40,688 nt of DNA from an uncultured Bacteroidota bacterium (GTDB lineage: Bacteria; Bacteroidota; Bacteroidia; Chitinophagales; Saprospiraceae). Shown piece by piece: positions 32,604 to 40,688 of the stretch. The stretch covers positions 1 through 40,688 of the forward strand of contig CALEYM010000483.1 in the NCBI GenBank assembly GCA_937926185.1, read 5' to 3'. Both the position numbers and the translations under genes were made by a program. The notes below the pieces were generated by a model. It saw nothing but the letters and a program-made list of their open reading frames with translations. It searched no databases and was not told the origin of the DNA. How positions within the stretch are numbered: the stretch's first letter is position 1; every line of letters starts with the position of its first letter.

Positions 32604-33578
32604 TTACATTTTTAAAAATAACGCTTGCGCTATCTTCCCCCCTGCCGTTATGTGCAAACTATAAACGCCCGGTGGAAAATGATGTACCGCCCTTTTCAAC
32701 GGACCGGCGCCGGCTTCCCATTGCCATTGCTCCACCAAGCAGCCCGTAAGGTCAAATATCTCCGCGCTGATTTTTTTTGAAACGACGTCCGGGCCGGTTT
32801 GTATCGAAAGCCATTCGGAAGCCGGATTAGGGAACAGGGAAAAAGAAAATGCTGATGGTGCCGGGGAAACAGCTCCACTCACGAGGTGTGCAATCTGCCG
32901 AATCGTACTGTCGAACCGGATTTCCAGAAAAGGTTTGATCCCGAAAGGCGAATGGCCGTCGACGGTTTGGTTGAAGCCGTCGTGAAAATCGTTCATCGTA
33001 TAGCCGTAGTCGAGCGTCCGGTAGGAATCTTCCGCGGCGGCAGGTATGATGAGTTGGTGCAAATAATTGATTCGGGGAAAAATGGAATCCGGATGCACAA
33101 TGAAGCGGGTGATCGAATCGAGGAAGTGGATATACCGGTTGCGAAAAGCGGGTACGGCCAGCAACTTGGATGCCAGCGGGCGAGGGTCTGAAGGATGGTG
33201 CCAGGCGAGGGCATTTCGTTTTGCCCAGTCTTTGCCCAGCCAGTCGATGCCGAAGGTGTTGTCGGTATCGAAGGTGATGAACTCGAAGCGTCCGGTAGCG
33301 GGATTGTCGTAGAGGTAGTAGTTGTTTTTATTGTAAAAATAGTCGTCCCAGTTGCCGGTGGCCACGTCGATGGCAAAGGCTTTCAGCACCCCGTCGATGT
33401 TCAGGATTTTGCCGATATTATCTGAGAATGTGGCGTCTGCCGGCTGGTGCAGCGCCGTGATCAGCGTTACCAGGCGGGAATAATCGTCTTCTTTTTCGTT
33501 AGTAGCCAGTTCGTACGCGCGCGTTTCCGGATCGTGCAGGATATTTTTATAGGTTTGCTGTCCGGAAACGACAAGCGC
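32604..33578 (-). pseudogene. 5'-truncated CotH-family gene remnant with an intact T9SS C-terminal sorting domain
   Basis: The frame is open from the stop at 33579-81 down to 32604. There is no ATG, GTG or TTG before the GTG at 33389. The CotH-like sequence (DYSRLVTLITAL...NIDGVLKAFAIDVATGNWDDYFYNKNNYYLYDNP...FDTDNTFG) continues upstream of that GTG. There is no signal peptide. The C-terminus (LFPNPASEWLSIQ...IFDLTGCLV...PGVYSLHI) looks like a type A T9SS CTD. Confidence 0.5.
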
Positions 33579-33607
33579 CTAAAAACAACAGGAATTAATT
33601 ACCACTT

Positions 33608-34159
33608 ATGTTATCGAAACTTAGCGCCTGGATACTGAAAATATGGGGCTGGAAAATTACCGGCCAATACCCCTACGACGTGCCCAAGCTGGTGCTGGCC
33701 GTGGCGCCGCATACCTCCAACTGGGATTTTCCGGTAGGCGTGCTGGTCAACAGCGCCGGCCGCATCCATGCCAATTACGTGGGCAAACACACCATTTTTC
33801 GCTGGCCGTTCGGCATATTTTTCCGCTGGCTGGGCGGCATCCCGGTAGACCGCACTAAAAAAGGCGGCAATTTTGTTTCGGCCACCGTCGAAGCCTTCAA
33901 GCGCAACGAACGCATGCACCTGGTCATTTCTCCGGAGGGTACGCGGAAAAAAGTGCCCAAATTGAAAACCGGTTTTTACCATATCGCCCGGCTGGCCGGC
34001 GTACCCATCGCGTTGTGTACTTTCAACTGGCCCAAAAAAGAAGTTTTTTTCGATCCGCGGTTATTTTACCCCACCGGCGACGAGGCAAAAGACATCGAAT
34101 TCATCTGGAATTACTTTAAAGATATTCCGGGAAAAAATCCGGAGCAGGGGATTGGGTAG
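33608..34159 (+). CDS. PlsC-family (lysophospholipid / glycerol-3-phosphate) acyltransferase
   Basis: The HX4D motif is HTSNWD. FRWLGGIPVDR and the ISPEGTR block are typical of the family. It is 183 aa. Confidence 0.75.
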   Translation: MLSKLSAWILKIWGWKITGQYPYDVPKLVLAVAPHTSNWDFPVGVLVNSAGRIHANYVGKHTIFRWPFGIFFRWLGGIPVDRTKKGGNFVSATVEAFKRNERMHLVISPEGTRKKVPKLKTGFYHIARLAGVPIALCTFNWPKKEVFFDPRLFYPTGDEAKDIEFIWNYFKDIPGKNPEQGIG

Positions 34160-34161
34160 AA

Positions 34162-34214
34162 GCTGTCTCATAAGTCAATGTCCAATGACCAATTTTCAAG
34201 TCTTATGAGACAGC
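34162..34214. repeat. 13-bp-stem hairpin between convergent genes, with a loop containing the word TGTCCAATG
   Basis: gctgtctcataag (34162-74) pairs with cttatgagacagc (34202-14). There is no T-tract. The loop word caatgtccaatg is also found in the 26561-26644 hairpin. Confidence 0.7.
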
Positions 34215-34223
34215 CACCACTGC

Positions 34224-35921
34224 CTACTGCCCCCGGGCTTCCACATAAAAATTTTCATCCACCAGTATTTCCACTTTTTTCCGAAGCTGGCAGGGGCTGC
34301 TTTTCCAGTCGGTAGTGGGATAAATAAATTCGTAAACGCCCGGACTCAGCGTCACTTTTACCGGCATGTCGAATCCTTGCACGCAGTTGGCCCAGCGGTA
34401 TTCGACCTTGCCTTTGGAGCGCCGGTACTCCAGAACGGGTATCGACGTGTTTCTCAGATACTGGTCGAACACCTTTTGCAGATTCTTCCCCGAGTGCTTG
34501 ATGATGTACGCTTCCACGTCGGCGCCGTCCACGGTTTGGTGGTAAAAATCGCGGTTCAGTCCGCGCAGTATGGCCCGCCATTTTTCGTCGTCGTCTACAA
34601 TTTGCCGGATGGTGTGCAGCACGTTGCCGCCTTTGGAATACATATCGACGGAGCCTTCGGCATTGACGCCGTAGACGCCGACGATGGATGCTTTATTTTC
34701 GATTTGCTTCCGGCAGCCCCGGATATAAGCGGCGCCCGCTTCTTTTCCAAACATGAACTCCGTGTACAACCCTTCGCTGTAATTGGTAAAACTTTCATGA
34801 ATCCACATATCGGCAATGTCGCGGTAGGTAATGTTGTTGGCAAACCACTCGTGGCCCGATTCATGGATGATGATAAAATCCCATTTTTTGCCCCAGCCGG
34901 TGCCCGACAGGTCGGTACCCAGGTAGCCGTTCCGGTAGCCGTTGCCGTATGTGACCGAGCTTTGGTGCTCCATGCCAAGGTAGGGCACTTCCACCAGTTT
35001 ATAGCCGTCCTCATAAAACGGGTAGGGCCCGAACCAGTGCTCGAAGGCCCGCAGCATGGGTTTCACCTGCTGAAACTGCGTTTTGGCTTTCTCCAGGTTT
35101 TCGGGCAGCACGTAATAGTCCAGCGTTAACAGGCCCTTTTCACCCTGGAAAGTATCGGCAAAGTGGGTATAATTTCCGACATTGACGTTCACGCCGTAAT
35201 TGTTGATCGGGTTAGCCACGAACCATTCGAAAGTGCGGGTGCTGTCGGCGTTCTGTGTGACCCGCCGCAGGCGTCCGTTGGAAACGTCCATGAGTCCGTT
35301 AGGAACAGTGATGGCGATAGCCTGGGAGTCGGGTTCGTCGTAGGCGTGGTCTTTGCAGGGCCACCACACGCTGGCGCCGAGGCCCTGGCAGGAGGTAGCG
35401 ATAAAGGGCTGCCCGGCGCCGTCTTTCGACCAGCTGAAGCCGCCATCCCATGGCGCGCGTTTGGCCGTGCGGGGTTTGCCGGAATACCACACGGTGAGCG
35501 CCTCGCGGGCGCCTTGTTTTTGTTCTTTTTTTAATTGGATAAAATAGGCATTAGTTCCTGCCTGTTCTACCTCCAGCGTATGACCATCCTGTTCCACCCG
35601 TTCGATTTTCAGGGGAGCTTGCAGGTCGATTTGCAGCACCTGATTCGACTGCAAAACGGTGTAATACACTTCATTGTGCCCCGAAATACTCCTGGTGGCG
35701 GGATCAATGCGCACATTCAGGTTGTAAAACGACAAATCCCACCAGGCGCGCTCAGGCGTGATGCTCCCGCGCAAGGTGTCGTCGCGGGTAAAAATGGCGC
35801 CGGGCGCCTGTGCCTGCATAAAATGCGGCAACACTACCAACAGAAGCGTGCCCAATTGCGCGCCATGACTCTTGAAAAACCTGCCCGCCCACTGGCCGGC
35901 ACATAAACCTTCATAAAGCAT
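34224..35921 (-). CDS. M1-family zinc metallopeptidase (aminopeptidase N-like), secreted
   Basis: The zinc site is HESGH-x18-E (HESGHEWFANNITYRDIADMWIHE). It has a GxMEN-like LGMEHQS and a signal-like N-terminus ending MQAQA. The first 7 codons lie inside the 35902-35980 repeat, so the exact start is uncertain. Confidence 0.85.
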   Translation of the reverse strand: MLYEGLCAGQWAGRFFKSHGAQLGTLLLVVLPHFMQAQAPGAIFTRDDTLRGSITPERAWWDLSFYNLNVRIDPATRSISGHNEVYYTVLQSNQVLQIDLQAPLKIERVEQDGHTLEVEQAGTNAYFIQLKKEQKQGAREALTVWYSGKPRTAKRAPWDGGFSWSKDGAGQPFIATSCQGLGASVWWPCKDHAYDEPDSQAIAITVPNGLMDVSNGRLRRVTQNADSTRTFEWFVANPINNYGVNVNVGNYTHFADTFQGEKGLLTLDYYVLPENLEKAKTQFQQVKPMLRAFEHWFGPYPFYEDGYKLVEVPYLGMEHQSSVTYGNGYRNGYLGTDLSGTGWGKKWDFIIIHESGHEWFANNITYRDIADMWIHESFTNYSEGLYTEFMFGKEAGAAYIRGCRKQIENKASIVGVYGVNAEGSVDMYSKGGNVLHTIRQIVDDDEKWRAILRGLNRDFYHQTVDGADVEAYIIKHSGKNLQKVFDQYLRNTSIPVLEYRRSKGKVEYRWANCVQGFDMPVKVTLSPGVYEFIYPTTDWKSSPCQLRKKVEILVDENFYVEARGQ

Positions 35922-35980
35922 ATAAACTTTCTAAACTTTCTAAACCTTCATAAACTTTCTAAACCCTCTAAACCCCATAA
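35902..35980 (-). repeat. Degenerate tandem array of 9-10-mers (CATAAACCT / CTAAACTTT / CTAAACCCT...), the reverse complement of the 16602 array family
   Basis: The units can be read directly. CCCTCTAAACC is the reverse complement of GGTTTAGAGGG. The array fills the gap between the stop of 35983-36384 and the ATG of the M1 peptidase, and overlaps that ATG. Confidence 0.85.
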
Positions 35981-35982
35981 AA

Positions 35983-36384
35983 TCAGTGTTTTTCCGACAC
36001 AAACAGCATAGTATCCACTACCGGTCTTCCGTCCAGGGAAATCGTTACCGGCAGATTGCCGAACACGTCGTGCGGATAGTGCAGGCTGTCGTACCCGAAG
36101 GCGATCAGCCAGTGATTGCCTTCGGGCACGCCGGTAATGCAGCCGCGCGCATCCTTGCCGGTTTTAAATACCTTATCGAAGTATTCCGGTTTTTGAAGAT
36201 AGCCGGGAAAAGAGTCCGCGTTGAATTTGACGTACACCGTGGCGTCGGGAATGGGAAAATAGTGGTGCGAGGTCTGCACGCAAATTTTCGTGTCGAGCGG
36301 GAGGGTATCAGGATAAGAATAGCAGCCCTCAGAAAGGGAGAACAGGAGTGCTGCCCATGCGGGTAAAAGGAGATATTTTTTCAT
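35983..36384 (-). CDS. Small hypothetical lipoprotein
   Basis: I chose the internal ATG at 36384 (MKKYLLLPAWAALLFSLSEGC-YSY, lipobox). It is 133 aa. Confidence 0.6.
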   Translation of the reverse strand: MKKYLLLPAWAALLFSLSEGCYSYPDTLPLDTKICVQTSHHYFPIPDATVYVKFNADSFPGYLQKPEYFDKVFKTGKDARGCITGVPEGNHWLIAFGYDSLHYPHDVFGNLPVTISLDGRPVVDTMLFVSEKH

Positions 36385-36545
36385 GACGAAGCACCTGATA
36401 ATTGTATGGTTAAACGGAGCGTCGAAGGTAAAACTTTCAGCCCCGCAGAAAAGTATTTTCAGGTGTTGAAACAGCAATTTTACGACACAAGTTTATTCCA
36501 ATTACTTTTACGCCCAATCTAACTCAAAACTCAAAACTGTAATAA

Positions 36546-37472
36546 GTGGGAATCAAAGTATTTGCCCCGGCTTCCATTGGCAATGTCGGCGTTGGGTTCG
36601 ACATCATGGGCATGGCTCTCGAGCGCCCGGGCGACGAGGTGATCGCGCGGAAAAGCGACACGCCCGGCCTGCGCATTGTCAAAATCACCGGCCATAGCGG
36701 TAAACTTCCGTATGAAGTGGAAAAAAACACTGCCGGCGTGGCCGCACTGCGTTTTTTGGAACATATCGGCGAAGCGGGCCGGGGCATCGAACTCGATATT
36801 CACAAAAAAATGCCAATGGGCAGCGGGCTTGGCAGCAGTGCGGCCAGCGCGGTAGCCGCCGTATTGGCCGTAAGCGAACTGTTGCGAACCGGCCTGAGCA
36901 AACGTGAACTCCTGCCGTTCGCCTGTGCCGGCGAGCAAGTAGCCTCCGGGGGTTTTCACGCCGACAACGTGGCGCCCTGCATGATCGGCGGCATCGTGCT
37001 CATCCGCGACAACGCCACCCTCGACGTACATCGCCTGCACGTGCCGCGCGGACTGTACGCGGCTGTCGTTTATCCACACCTTGAAGTGCTGACCAAAACA
37101 GCCCGCGCCATCCTGAAACCAGATGTGCCGCTGGCTTCCTACGTGCGCCAGAGCGCCAACATCGGCGGCTTTATTGTAGGTTTGTTCAACGGCGACATCG
37201 AACTCATCGGGCGCAGCCTGCGCGACGAGATCATCGAACCGCAACGGGCGGGCCTCATTACCGGCTTTTACGAGGTAAAAGAAGCGGCCATGTCTGAGGG
37301 GGCGCTGGGATGCAGCATTTCCGGCTCCGGCCCCTCGGTTTTTGCGCTTTGCGCTAATAGTTTGATCGCGGAAAACGTAGGGCAGGCGATGCAAAAGGCT
37401 TTTGCCCGGCATGGGGTGGAAAGTCAGGTGTATTTGTCGGCGGTGAATCAGGAAGGGGCGATGGTGCAGTAA
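36546..37472 (+). CDS. thrB: Homoserine kinase
   Basis: The N-terminus is KVFAPASIGNVGVGFD. The GHMP kinase motif is MPMGSGLGSSAASAVA. It is 308 aa with a GTG start as tracked. Confidence 0.9.
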   Translation: MGIKVFAPASIGNVGVGFDIMGMALERPGDEVIARKSDTPGLRIVKITGHSGKLPYEVEKNTAGVAALRFLEHIGEAGRGIELDIHKKMPMGSGLGSSAASAVAAVLAVSELLRTGLSKRELLPFACAGEQVASGGFHADNVAPCMIGGIVLIRDNATLDVHRLHVPRGLYAAVVYPHLEVLTKTARAILKPDVPLASYVRQSANIGGFIVGLFNGDIELIGRSLRDEIIEPQRAGLITGFYEVKEAAMSEGALGCSISGSGPSVFALCANSLIAENVGQAMQKAFARHGVESQVYLSAVNQEGAMVQ

Positions 37473-37575
37473 ATAGAGAAAATATCCATATTGATTATTA
37501 CTTTCACGCCGTCTTTTGTTTTCGTCAGATCGCCAAAAGGCTAATCGCATATTTTTTAACCAATTCAAACTTTGT

Positions 37576-40500
37576 ATGAAGCAGCAATTACTCACATTGC
37601 TCCTGACCCTTTTTATCGTGGGTAGCGCCCTGGCGCAACGCACGGTCAGCGGACGGGTAACGGAGCAGGCAGGCGGCGAACCGCTCATCGGCGCCACTGT
37701 AATCGTTAAAGGTACCAGCACCGGTACTACCACCGACGTGGACGGCCGCTACACCATCCGCGTCAACAATGACGGAGATATTCTCGTGGTCAAGTACACC
37801 GGCTTTCGCGGACAGGAAATCACCGTCGGCAATCGTTCCGCCGTAGACATTATCCTTGAGCCAAACGACGAACTCATCGACGAGGTCGTGGTCATCGGCT
37901 ACGGCAAACAGATCAAATCGACCCTCACCGGCAACATCGCCAAAATAGGCGGCGAAAACATAAAGGCAATGCCGGTTGTCTCAGTCGAGCAAGCACTTCA
38001 GGGCCAGGCTGCCGGTGTATACGTAGAAAGCGCCAACGGCAAAGTAGGCGGCGCCATGCGGGTACGGGTGCGCGGGGTAGGTTCTATCAATGCCGGCACC
38101 GAGCCGCTGTACGTGGTGGACGGCATTCCGCTATCCAAAGACGCGCAGAATACTTCCGGCGCGCCTATGAACCCTCTGGCCGACCTGAACTTCAACGATG
38201 TAGAGTCGATTGAAGTACTGAAAGACGCCTCCGCAAAAGCCATTTACGGCGCCCGGGGCTCCAATGGCGTGGTGCTCATCACAACTAAATCGGGTCGGAG
38301 CGGCAAATCGCGCGTGGAACTGGACCTGCAGATGGGTACCACCCAACCCACCGGCCGTCGCGAATTCCTGAATGCCGCCGAATTTATCGAACTCTTTACC
38401 GAGGCTGCCAATAATTCGGACGATATTGAGGGCGTACCCTACGACGACCCGATCTCCTGGACGACATTCGTGCAAAGCCGTTTTCGCCGTTACGATGGCC
38501 ATACCAACTGGGAAGAGCGTGTCGATCAGACCGATTGGCAGGAAGAAGCGCTGCGCACCGGCCGTATCCGCAACGCCACCCTGTCGTTCAGCGGTGGCAA
38601 CGACAAGGTACGCTATTTTGCCAGCGGCAATATCGGCCTCAACGAAGGCGTACTGGTGAGCAACGAACTGGAGAAAAACGGCGGACGCCTCAACCTCGAC
38701 TTCGACGCCACCAAACGCCTGAAAGTAGGCGTCGGGCTCAGCCTGGCCCGCACGTTCACCCGGCAGGTATCGAACGACAACGCCTTTTCCACCCCGCTGC
38801 AATTGATCGCCCTGGCGCCCATCACGCCCAAACGCGACGAAGACGGCGTATTGTACGACCGCCCTGTGACCACGTACTACAACGGCCTGATCGATATGGA
38901 AGACGGTCAACGCAAAGTACACAGCCTGCGCACCCTCGCTAATATATTCGGCGATTACAAGATCACCGACAACCTGGGCCTGCGCGTGGAAGGCGCGGCC
39001 AACCTGTACAATGTGCGCGACGACGCAAAATTTGGGGAACGCACCGATAATGGCAACGACAGCCGCGGCTACGGCTACTCTGCCTTTGCCAATGCTACCG
39101 ACTACAACGCCAACGCCGTGTTGCACTGGGATCGCGCGTTCGACAATCACGACCTGGGATTCGACCTGGGCTCCGAGTTCTTCACCAGCGAAAACACCTA
39201 TACCCTGGTGGAAGGCGAACAATTCCCCAGCGACGAATTCAAAACGCTGGCCAGCGCCGCTTCCATTACAGCCGGCACCTCCACGATCACCAACTACAGC
39301 TTTTTGTCGTACTTCGGTCGCGCCCGTTACAACTTCGCCCGCAAGTATCTGCTCAACCTGAGCGCCCGCGTCGACGGTTCCTCCCGTTTCGGTCAGGACA
39401 AACGTTACGCTTTCTTCCCCGCCGCCTCGGCCGGATGGGTGCTGTCGGAGGAAGGTTTTCTGAAAGACAACAGCCTGCTCAGCTTCCTGAAATTGCGCGC
39501 TTCCTGGGGAATAAGCGGCAATGCCGACATCGGCAACTTCCAGTCGCTCGGTTTGTACGGATCAGGCAACTACAACGGCGTGAGCACACTCAGCCCGGAT
39601 CAGATACCCAACCCGGCGCTTACCTGGGAAAAAAGCACCGAACTGGATTTCGGGATCGACTTCGGCTTGTTCAACAACCGCCTCTCCGGTGAGGTCGACT
39701 ACTACATCAAAAACACCACCGATTTGCTCCTGAACGTGCCGGTGCCTGCTACCTCGGGTTTCACCAACCAGTTCCAGAACGTGGGTGAGTTGCGCAACAA
39801 AGGCGTCGAACTGGTGCTCAATTCCAACAACTTTACCGGTAAATTCTCCTGGACTACCTCGCTCAATCTGGCCTATAACCAAAACGAGGTCGTCTCCCTG
39901 GCCAGCGGACAAACTATCATCGACGACGGCAGCAACATGAACGTGGTGAAAGTGGGCGAACCCATCGGCGCTTTCTTCGGCGCTGAATATGCCGGCGTTG
40001 ACCCGGACAATGGCGACGCGCTCTGGTACGTCAACGCCATGGACGACAACGGCAACATCATCGACCCAACGGCCACAACCAACGACTTTTCAGAAGCCAA
40101 CTTCGTCGTTCTCGGCTCGCCGCTGCCTAATGTGATCTACGGCCTCGACAATACCTTTTCGTACGGCGGCCTGACGTTAAACGTGCGTTTCCAGGGCCAA
40201 ACCGGTAATGAGATACATAATGGCGGCGGCCTCTTCATGTCGTGCAACGCGTGCTGGTTCGATAACCAAACCCGCGATCAACTCGAACGCTGGCAAAATC
40301 CCGGCGACGTTACCGACGTGCCGCAAGCCCGGCTCGGCTATTCCAACGGCGATCAAACCCGCAGCAGCCGCTACCTCTCGGAAGGCAGCTACCTGCGACT
40401 GAAAAATGTAACACTGGCTTATGATTTACCTTCCAGTTGGTTTGCTAAAGCCGGCATCCGCGATCTGCGGCTTTACGTCACAGGCACCAACCTGCTCACG

Positions 40501-40632
40501 TTCACCAAGTACGACGGCTGGGATCCGGAAGTAACCGCCGACTACCTCGCCAGCAATATTATTTACGGTGTGGATTTTTACTCGGCGCCGCAGCCTAAAA
40601 ATATTGTTTTCGGCCTGCGCGTAGGATTTTAA
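37576..40632 (+). CDS. SusC/RagA-family TonB-linked outer-membrane transporter
   Basis: I chose the internal ATG at 37576 (MKQQLLTLLLTLFIVGSALAQ). The CarbopepD_reg-like segment is VSGRVTE..GEPLIGATVIVKGTSTGTTTDVDGRYTI. Also present are DEVVVIGYG and the plug motif IEVLKDASAKAIYGARGSNGVVLITTKSG. The barrel is about 1000 aa and ends in FGLRVGF. Confidence 0.9.
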   Translation: MKQQLLTLLLTLFIVGSALAQRTVSGRVTEQAGGEPLIGATVIVKGTSTGTTTDVDGRYTIRVNNDGDILVVKYTGFRGQEITVGNRSAVDIILEPNDELIDEVVVIGYGKQIKSTLTGNIAKIGGENIKAMPVVSVEQALQGQAAGVYVESANGKVGGAMRVRVRGVGSINAGTEPLYVVDGIPLSKDAQNTSGAPMNPLADLNFNDVESIEVLKDASAKAIYGARGSNGVVLITTKSGRSGKSRVELDLQMGTTQPTGRREFLNAAEFIELFTEAANNSDDIEGVPYDDPISWTTFVQSRFRRYDGHTNWEERVDQTDWQEEALRTGRIRNATLSFSGGNDKVRYFASGNIGLNEGVLVSNELEKNGGRLNLDFDATKRLKVGVGLSLARTFTRQVSNDNAFSTPLQLIALAPITPKRDEDGVLYDRPVTTYYNGLIDMEDGQRKVHSLRTLANIFGDYKITDNLGLRVEGAANLYNVRDDAKFGERTDNGNDSRGYGYSAFANATDYNANAVLHWDRAFDNHDLGFDLGSEFFTSENTYTLVEGEQFPSDEFKTLASAASITAGTSTITNYSFLSYFGRARYNFARKYLLNLSARVDGSSRFGQDKRYAFFPAASAGWVLSEEGFLKDNSLLSFLKLRASWGISGNADIGNFQSLGLYGSGNYNGVSTLSPDQIPNPALTWEKSTELDFGIDFGLFNNRLSGEVDYYIKNTTDLLLNVPVPATSGFTNQFQNVGELRNKGVELVLNSNNFTGKFSWTTSLNLAYNQNEVVSLASGQTIIDDGSNMNVVKVGEPIGAFFGAEYAGVDPDNGDALWYVNAMDDNGNIIDPTATTNDFSEANFVVLGSPLPNVIYGLDNTFSYGGLTLNVRFQGQTGNEIHNGGGLFMSCNACWFDNQTRDQLERWQNPGDVTDVPQARLGYSNGDQTRSSRYLSEGSYLRLKNVTLAYDLPSSWFAKAGIRDLRLYVTGTNLLTFTKYDGWDPEVTADYLASNIIYGVDFYSAPQPKNIVFGLRVGF

Positions 40633-40634
40633 AT

Positions 40635-40688
<54 letters not shown>

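Overview
This is a 40.7-kb, gene-dense chromosomal segment that looks like a GC-rich Bacteroidota genome. The taxonomic markers are a SusC/RagA TonB-linked porin, a T9SS C-terminal sorting domain, a PorX-type receiver-PglZ regulator, DUF2851, an ECF sigma/anti-sigma pair and many lipobox lipoproteins. I support about 33 protein genes, mostly housekeeping or envelope functions: MoxR ATPase, secreted vWA protein, CoA-transferase, ThDP enzyme, PabB-like enzyme, YigZ, ThiF/MoeB, ApaG, HD hydrolase, HPF, aldehyde dehydrogenase, ATP-grasp enzyme, radical SAM/SPASM enzyme, PlsC-type acyltransferase, M1 peptidase, ThrB and two TonB-dependent transporters. I saw no rRNA, tRNA, CRISPR array, transposase, integrase, phage gene or recognisable defence gene. 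I cannot point to a clear-cut new multi-gene system. The most unusual signal is at DNA level: several families of short repeated 'words' (7-10-nt tandem arrays, palindromic units, long foldbacks) sit at gene boundaries. In one case two inverted copies sit in frame inside the pabB-like ORF. Gene-level oddities worth follow-up are: (1) a three-gene TonB-dependent receptor operon led by a small exported Cys/His-rich protein; (2) a ThDP-enzyme plus CoA-transferase pair; (3) a MoxR ATPase convergent with a secreted vWA protein; (4) an ECF sigma with a membrane-anchored protein carrying a beta-barrel-like C-terminus; (5) a large SWIM zinc-finger protein; (6) a 5'-truncated CotH/T9SS gene remnant. 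All family assignments come from motifs read by eye in the supplied translations. No database search was possible.
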